DNA from: Candidatus Enterousia sp.
GTDB lineage: Bacteria; Pseudomonadota; Alphaproteobacteria; Rs-D84
Assembly: GCA_045635585.1 (NCBI GenBank)
Contig: JAZTWA010000020.1
Coordinates: 2,426 to 66,425 of the forward strand
Direction of reading: 5' to 3'
DNA length: 64,000 bases
The notes beneath the pieces were generated by a model that saw only the letters and a list, made by a program, of their open reading frames with translations, was not told where the DNA came from and did no database searches. The translations under genes were made by a program, and so were the position numbers. Of this stretch, positions 20,208 to 29,300 are shown piece by piece; position 1 is the stretch's first letter, and every line of letters starts with the position of its first letter.

Positions 20208-20305
20208 ACACTTCCCCTCTTTGGTGTTTAGTGTAGAAAAATTTCATATGTATGTCTAGTAAAAACGTGTATATACAATGCAAATTTTTTATTTGACGGG
20301 TTTTT
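20208..20305 (-). promoter_or_regulatory. Conserved promoter/5'UTR block of the giant-protein family (copy 2)
   Basis: Plus-strand tatata at 20270-20275 and tttgac at 20292-20297. The spacing (16 nt) and the distance to the ATG (63 nt) are the same as in copy 1, and the sequence is close to identical to 1591-1688. Confidence 0.5.
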
Positions 20306-20341
20306 GAAATGTTAAAAATTGAATTAATTCAACCTGCTTAT

Positions 20342-20370
20342 AAAAAGACCACCGAACCGGGGTCTTTTTA
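20342..20370 (-). terminator. Intrinsic terminator after the 3337-aa gene
   Basis: On the minus strand: GACCCCGG-tt-CGGTGGTC (imperfect stem) followed by TTTTTAT, just 3' of the stop at 20375. Confidence 0.55.
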
Positions 20371-20374
20371 TTAG

Positions 20375-23300
20375 TTACATCCAGTCATCAACAACCGAAT
20401 ATTCTTTGTTGTTATATTTTACCCTAAGTGTTTCTTCTTCGATGAACAGATGATTTGCCAATGTCGATTCCGCGGCGCCGGCCCCAATCTGTACCACCAA
20501 ATATGGAGCAACAGCTTCAATCGTTGCAGATGGTGTACTCTGTGGCGATGTACGAACAACGCCTTGTAACTGCTGGCTTGCAGGACTTGGGTTGTCTGTA
20601 AAGCCCCAGCGGAATATTGTACCAACAACACTTGAACTTGTAGTATCAAATGTCAATGTATACTTTTTACCTACTTCTACTGGATAAACCACAGAATAAC
20701 TATCACTTGATTCGACCCATGCGTTACTTGCGTTAATCCATGCAGAAATACGTTCTGGATCTGTCATAAATGCCTTACGGTTTGTTTCTGACATGTTACC
20801 ATATAACGTCAATCCACCAACATTTGCATGGAACGCAGGTGCCGTTCGTTTGCCACTGCGCAGGAAGATTGTTGAGCCACCCGCGTGCAGTTTACGTCCG
20901 CAATCGTCGGCTTCGTTCGCCCCATAACCATAACCAATTGTAGTTAAACCGGTTGTACATGCGTGACGTTTGGAAGTTTCTGTTTGGGCAACGTCGCCGC
21001 CAGTGCCCCAGAAACCCGCACCAACGTTTATACATTTTCCACCCGCGGTTTCAACATACGAACCCGCCGGACATGATACTACACACGATTTGATGCCTGC
21101 ATGCTGACTATATTCGTTGCCGCTGTTACCGTATCCATCTTCGGTATCACATGCCGTACATGCGGATGCGCCCGCATCAGAATATGTATTCGATGCACAT
21201 ACAGTGATGCCACCTGTTTTATCGGCATATATCTTGGTACCACCCGCACAATATCCACCAGCAACACAGTCTGTTAAGCCCGCACCAGCCGTTTCAACAT
21301 ATTTGCCCGCAGTTGTTGATAAATAACATGCGTTTACAGATGTTGCAGATGTGCCACCATCAGAATTTGGATATGGGTTTACACATGAAGTTTGGCCCAA
21401 CGTGGCGTTGTATGTACCAGAACTGCACAATGGCATCGCATCCAAACCAGAACAGTAATGATCCTTTGGACATGCCGCAGCATCACTGTACAACATCGCG
21501 CGTTTTGGATTATTAACGATATCATCACACCATGTTGCACTTAAACGTTCTGTGAAGTAGTACCCCGGATTTAATGTATCATAGAACAAATCACCACCGA
21601 TATCATACTTGCCGTTGCTGCTGTTATATGTTGTGCCATCAACCAAGAACTGACCATATTTATTGGTAAATTCGTATGTTACCGCACATTCTGTTATCTT
21701 GGTTAATCCGGTTAAATCGGACTTGTTTTCAACAAAAACAAGTGTTGGATTGTGATACTTTTCAGGATACGTTACACGTTTATGTGATTCTGCATCTGGA
21801 CATTTTTCATTACCACCAACATTATCCCAATACAGAGTGCCACCTGGGCAATAATATGTACCAGAACATGTTGTTTGAACTTCGTCTGCTTTAGTCTGGA
21901 TATAATGTCCAGCAACAACTTTTGCATAACAATCCGTATCTTGGGTTGCCCCAGATGCACTGTGTGAATACAAACCACCACCTAATTTGCTGCATGCGGT
22001 TTGTACAGTTGAACCCGCCGGACAGTAATTACCCGCAACACATGTTGAACATGTCGATGTTTGTGGATAATTTAATGTATGTTTGCCCAAATATGTACCG
22101 CCCGCACATTCTGTTGTGGACGTATCAGTCGATTTACCAAGGTATGCGCCGCTGATTTCATCAGTATAACAATCTTCGGCTTCGTCTGATTTTGCTGGAC
22201 TGTTTTTATACAATCCGCCACCCAATGTTGAACATGCCGTACGCCCACCCACAGAACCATAGTGAACATCAATACCACCAGTACAATAACCGTTTGCAGC
22301 ACAATCTGATTCTGTTTGATCTCCCACGGTCTGGATATACTTTTTGGACGTTGTTGTGCCATAACACGCCGTATCCGTTTTTGCGCCAGCAAGTGATTTT
22401 GTATAGAACGAACCCAATGTTGAACAAGATGTTTCAGCAGATGAACCCGCCACACAATAATTACCCGCCGTACAGGTATCGCATGTTGATGTATCACCGT
22501 AATGCACGCTGTGATTACCTTTGAATGTTCCAGCCGCACATTGTGTTGAGGTCGCATCATTTGGCTTGGCAATGTATGCGCCACTGATTGTGTTGGTATA
22601 GCATGCAGATGCACCACCGGTGTTGCCCACCACAGAGTTTGGATAGCCGCTTGGACATGCAGTACATGTTGTGCCGGCATCATAGAAGCCCGCTTGTGCA
22701 CTTACAGCTTTTACGGTCTTGGTACATGATTCTGCATTGGTTTCACAGCCAGATTTTACAGTACCGTCGCCTGTACCCGCTGAATTTGCATATGCTGTAT
22801 AATCACAGGCAGCAACAGAACATGCATTCCAGTCCGTTACAGCTGAACAATTTGTTGGTATCGCACCATCTAGCTGACTGCCGGTCCATGGGCGCTGTTT
22901 CGTGTTACTGAAACATGCGGTTACACCACCAGTGTTGCCCACCACAGAGTTTGGATAGCCGCTTGGACATGCGTCACAGGTTTGACCATTTACATAGTTG
23001 TTTGCCTTGGCCGTTAATGCCGTTGTTACGGTTGGGTCGTTCCAGCTGGTACTGTCTTTGGCGGTTTTGGTTAATTTACCCGCACTGCAGTTGCCCAATG
23101 GTGTACCACCGTACGATACATCGGTCATCGCCGTACATTGTGTTACATCGGTAAGCCCATCTGGCCCGTCGTAATACCAACCATCCCCGGCCGCTGGACA
23201 TGATGAACATGTGGATGTGTCACCCAATACAACTGTTGTTGTGCCTTGGTATGTTCCGGAATCACAATCGATGGATTCGCCGTTCAGAACAACCATGGTT

Positions 23301-26300
23301 GGTGTAGAGACACCCACTTTTGTATAATTTTCTTCATAAAATACAGGTATCCAGTCACCATACATACCACCCAATACGTATATTCCAAGGCTATCAAATA
23401 TGGGGGTAAGTGTATTAAACATTATTGAACCAATTTCATAACTGCCACCCAATTCAAATACGAATTCACCGTCCGCAGATGCAGTTGGTTTTTGCCCCGC
23501 AGGCATACTAAAATTACCATCGGTGGCACCAGCACAGTTAGCGCCAACAGAACAATTTTTGCCGGCCAATATATTTGTCCCCGTACCATCGTGTGATTCA
23601 AATGCCTGGATTTCATTCAGCATAAAATTCAACGTAGTGCCGCTTGGAATGCCAACGATTTTGATTTTGGACGCCGGGATTGTGTTTTGTTCGATGTATT
23701 GGCCCGATATAGTGGTTGTACAATCACGTGCGGCATCGTGCGCAGATGCGGTTGTGCCATTTGATGTATAGCCTGTCATACAATAGTCCACAGCTGATAT
23801 TGAACCATAATTGACATCTTGTGCCGCTGATGTGAACCAATTTCCCGCCGGTGATGTGCATTGTTCGCCCGCAGATACAACGCGCTGACCCGCAGAACAT
23901 GTGGTTTTACATGATGATTCGCCCGCGTGTGCCGTTGCAGTATCACCAGAATTACCGTATTCTGATGGGCATGCTGTGCATGATGTCGCGCCAGTCACAG
24001 AATACTGATTGTCACCACAAACAGAACATGAAGATGTCGAACCATAGTTCACAGTATGGTCGCCCTTGAATGTGCCGGACGCACAGCTGGTTGTGCTGCT
24101 TGCATTTGCAGTGGCAATGTATGCACCACTGATTGTGTTGGTATAGCATGCAGATGCACCACCGGTGTTGTCCGCCGCAGAGTTTGGATAAAAACCACCC
24201 GCCAAGCCAGAACACGCTGAACATCGTGTACCATTTACATAGTTATTCGATTTGGCCTTTAATGCCGTTGATACGGTTGGGTCCTTCCAGTGGGTGCTGT
24301 CCAATGCGGTTGCGGACAATGCGCCCGCGCTGCAGCTGGACAATGGTGTGCCACTGGTCGATGTTGTGGTTACCATTTTACATTCCGCCCAAGACCCCAG
24401 ACCAGTTGCAGTGTCATACTTCCAACCGTCGACAGGTGCAGGACATGAATCACATGTTTCCAATGTGTTGGCAAAATATTGCCGATCGCTTTCTTTGTAT
24501 GTGCCCGCACCGCAGGCTTTTGGGGCGGTTACATACAGTGGGAAACGGAATGTCGCACCCAACACCGGCATATTATCGCCCGCTTCCCCGGTTTGTTCGC
24601 CCGTTCTGATTAAGCTACGCGCAGTTTCAGCAGCATCTTCAACCATTACACGTATACGAGCCTCTCTGGAATCTTTTTCTGTTACCGGAATGATTTCGAT
24701 ATGTGACAGTGCAGGATCTTTAATATCCGTATTATTACGGATCGCACCATACAAACCACCGGAATCAATGTCGATTCTTATTCTATCACCAGATTCAAGC
24801 CAGACCGCATCTATAACATCACCATCAAGCAATGACATTGTCGGAACCACATGGCCATCGGCATCCAGAATAGTCATAAATCTGTCAACCATTTCTGCGG
24901 GTAACTGCGTGGTGCTGATTTCAAAGCTGCCCGCGTCCAATGCATCCGCCAATTCCAAGAAATAGAAGCGTATTTCGGCAATTTCTATAAAGGAGGAAGT
25001 ATCAGCAAATACTTCGATACGCCCTGGTATAGGATATCTTACGGGGCGCGATTGATATATGCCGCCGGATGGTGTAATTGGTGCAATACACGCGTGTTGC
25101 GATGAATCATGCGGCATGTTGGGGGTTGGTGCAAAATTACCAATCAAGCCATTAGTCATCGTTTTATCACCTGCAACATTATTAATTGTTGAACAGAAGT
25201 TCATTGGTGATACAGACTGATAATATACAGAATGTTCGTCCGTCCATGCAGATGCAACCAAATTGTTGCCGATTGTGTCCAAATTAACCGGTGCGGCCAT
25301 TGGTGTTAAAACCGCGCCACCCGCATGAACGTTGACATAACAATCGCGTATAGAATCTGAGCCAAGTTCACTGAACGGGTAATTGCCTTCTGTTTCTTTG
25401 TCACAAGAAAATCCCCCATTAGCAGAACCATAATTGACCTTTTCTGATGGACAGTATTCACCCGTTGGACATTCTGTTTCGTCCTTGTCTTCTTTGTCGG
25501 CAATATATTTGCCCGGTGTTGTGTTCAAATAACATGCAGATACACCACCGGTGTTGCCCGCCGCAGAGTTTGAATACGGCGCAGGACATACATCACATGA
25601 CGATGTGCCAGATACATAATTACCCGCCGTTGCCGTTACAGATGCGATTGTTTTTGTACAACTTGACGCGGTACATGTTTCATCGGTTGCACCGTTATAG
25701 TCGCGATATGTACATGACCCAGGTGTACATGCATTATATGTTGCATTTGAACAGCGGTCAGGTATGTCAGGATTCAACTGGGCACCGGTTTTGGTTTTTG
25801 ATACATAGCAATATTTTTCATCGGATGTACCAACATCAGAATTTGGATATGCCGTCGGACATGATGAACATGTTAATGTTGATGTCAATGCCAAAGCTGT
25901 ATTGCCCGCACGATATGTGTTTGCGGCACATGAACGTGGAATATCAGACACAACAACCGTATTGATAATTATCTGATCTATATAGCTGTCGCTGGTTTCG
26001 ATATCTGTTGGTTGCATCACAGGTATCCAATTGTTTGGTTCGTCCGCCGTTGCAACAAATATTTGAACATTTTTATATGTTTCACGATATCCATAGTCAA
26101 CAGAGAATACGAATGAACCAATTTCTTGGTTTGCCCCCATGTCAAACAGGATGCTGCCCTGTTGTCCCTGTTCAAAACTTATATAAGTGTCACTGACGTC
26201 GAAATAGCCATCTGTGGCACCATAACCGACTTCATATGCTTCTTCCCCATTTATATCAGGAATACCGAATGCCAGCAACCCATCCAATAAATTGGTGCCG

Positions 26301-29300
26301 GTTGCATTATTTGATGTAAATGCCTGAATTTCATTCAGATAGATAGATGGATCCATGTCACTTTCACTGCCACTTCCGTATAAATAACCATCGGATGCAA
26401 AGCGTACATAACGGGCGGTTATTGTGTTTTTGTTCACCGCCTGGCCCGCAGGAACTGTTGTTTTGCAATCGGTTGCCGCGTCGTGATCCGCCGCAGTGGT
26501 GCCAGATGCCGTATAACCATCCATACAATAGTTAACCGCCGATACATTGCCGTAACTTACTTCTTGGGATTCGCCATAGAACCAATTTCCCGCCGGTGAT
26601 GAACATGTGGCACCCGGTGTTGTGACACGTTGACCCGCAGAACATGTGGTTTTACATGAATAAGCGTATGCATGGTAAAGGGAGGTGTTACCAGAATTGA
26701 CATATCCAGATGGACATGTTTCACATGCAGCCGCCCCACTATCAGAATATTGATTGATGCCACAAACAATACATGATTCCTGTGTTTCAACCTGACCATA
26801 GCCTACCAGATGTTCAGCTTTGTACGATCCGGCCACACAAGGCGCTGTGTTGGTAGAATATTTGGTTCTAAGATATTTCCCCCCAGGAACCAAGATTTTA
26901 CATTGGGATGCGGCGGTTTTACGTTCGGACAAATCATCCACATAGCCTGTAGGGCAATTTTCTTGCACGCCGCCCGAACAATATGTTGCGCCAGTACATT
27001 TTGTTTGGCTTGTACATGCCTCGTTGTCACTGTTACAGCCTGTTACATAGTATCCGGAATTTGTATTTTTACATGCTGTTTGACCAGTCGCATCTTGATA
27101 TTTGCCCGCCGGACATGGGGTTTCCTGCGAATTACCTTCGCCGGCCGCATAATGCCCCGCAGATGCAGGATTACATGTTGGGTGTGGACCACCGGCATAA
27201 TATCTATATTCAGGTAAATAGGTACCAGGTTGACAAAACATAAGTTCATATGCAACCAATGGAAATGAAAATCCAACACTGGCAAATTCGCGAGTACCCC
27301 AATAATCCGTTTCTGCCGAGTCGTAGGCCATATCAGAATAATTATATTCACCATTGGTTCCATTCTCAATAGCATTGAACGGAACATATGAGGCAACTAT
27401 GCTGGAGTTTAAACTATCATTCACATAGATTGACATAATAGCTTGAGTATGTGATATTGCCATATATTGGGATGGACGTAAAACAATACGTGTGTATTCA
27501 AGCCCCGATGGCAAATCCAGATCTATAAAATAATTAAAATCATCCGTACTCAGAGAAGTGGTTACATCGCCATCAAATAAATCCCAGTAGTATTCCGCAA
27601 ATCCACTGATGCTATACATTGTATCAGGATCCAGCTTTGTATCACCAACATAGACTTCGATTTCAGAAATTTCGGCCCATTCATAAAATTCGATACCAAT
27701 TGCATAAATCGAAGCGTTTTCAATGATATTATCGGTGTAATGTTCAACACCCGACATATCCAAGTAACAAGTGTTTAACCCGGCATGGAGACCCATATTA
27801 TTACCATCGAATGAATATATCTGCGTGTCGTAATCGCTAATGGTTGGACAAACCGTGTAATTGGATATCTGGCCCAACTTTACGGTATGCGCGTCTAAAT
27901 AATATGGCATATTTGGCACCGCTGTCAATGGAATACATGTGTCTCCTGGAATGAATACCCCGTATCCAGGATCACAGTCAATCTGACAATCCATGTCAGA
28001 TGTGGCGCCATCTGGTGCATAATAGCCGGTGGGACACTGAACACCAACATATTTCCAATGGGCGTATAATGTGAATGTCGTCGATGTTGGGTAAAGCGTC
28101 AAAAGCGCAGTATCAGATGTTAATCTACCCACAGCGGTAATCACTTGCGTTCCACCAGTTTCCGCAGTGTAATATCCCATAAATTCATGTAAATTACGGC
28201 TAGGTAATGAAAAATTATAGGGTTTGGCTGACGCCGTAATCAAATTACCCGCCGCGCTAGATGTAGAACTGATTGAAACATTGGTGTTATACTTACGATA
28301 CAATGTTGTTGTACCACCGGTTCCATCGTTTTTATCCAATGTAATGGTGGCCTGTATCGGATTCCATTTGGCATACAGGGTTATATTAGATGTGCTTACC
28401 GTGTACAAATTATTTGTTGTTACACCATCGGCCTTGACATACTGGGTACCAGAACCGTTTTGTCCCGTATAATATCCACCGAATGTGTATCCTGTTTTTG
28501 TTGGTTTGGTGATAGTATCACCACTGTTGCCGCCAATACATGTTGTCAAGGCAGATGTTGTATAATAATAACATGTGCCCTTGGTATTATATTGATAATA
28601 GTATTCTTTTGTTCCCGCAGTTGTTGCGCCTTGGTTATTCAAGGTTACTTTGATTGTATTTGGTGTCCATTGTGCATATAATTTAACGGATGTTGGGGTG
28701 CCGTTACCACACGTACCGTTCCATGATGAAATCGACTGGCTCTTGCTGTATGATGTACCCTTGCCATTCGCCTGGGTGTTCCAGCCCGACAAAGTATATC
28801 CGGCGCGGGACAATCCAGATCCAGAATTCAATGTTAATGCCGTACCATATGTCAGGGTTTGAGATGATGGCGTTGTTCCAGTACCACCATTCAAATCATA
28901 TGAAATTGTTGTTTTGCATACTTCCCACTTGGCTTTCAAACTATAATCACCCATACTTTGTGTCAGCGAGAAATTCGATGTTGTAAACCCGTTTGCATCA
29001 ATAATCAGGGGCGCCGTTCCAGTTACAACATTTAATTCAAACCCCGCAAAGCGCGAACCACTTTTTGTGGCAATCGCAGACCCATACGTATCAATCCCGG
29101 CACCACCAACATTTGACCAATCTTCCCAGGACCCACCAGCATCCCACGAAACCTGAAGTTTTTCGCCGTAAATGACGCGCATTCTGAAATCCGCATCTGC
29201 CAAGGTACCACCATTTGAATTTAACGTGATATTAACCGTATAACCGGTACAAGAACCACCATTTTCAACAGGTTTTACATACTGAACGCCGCCTTCGCCA

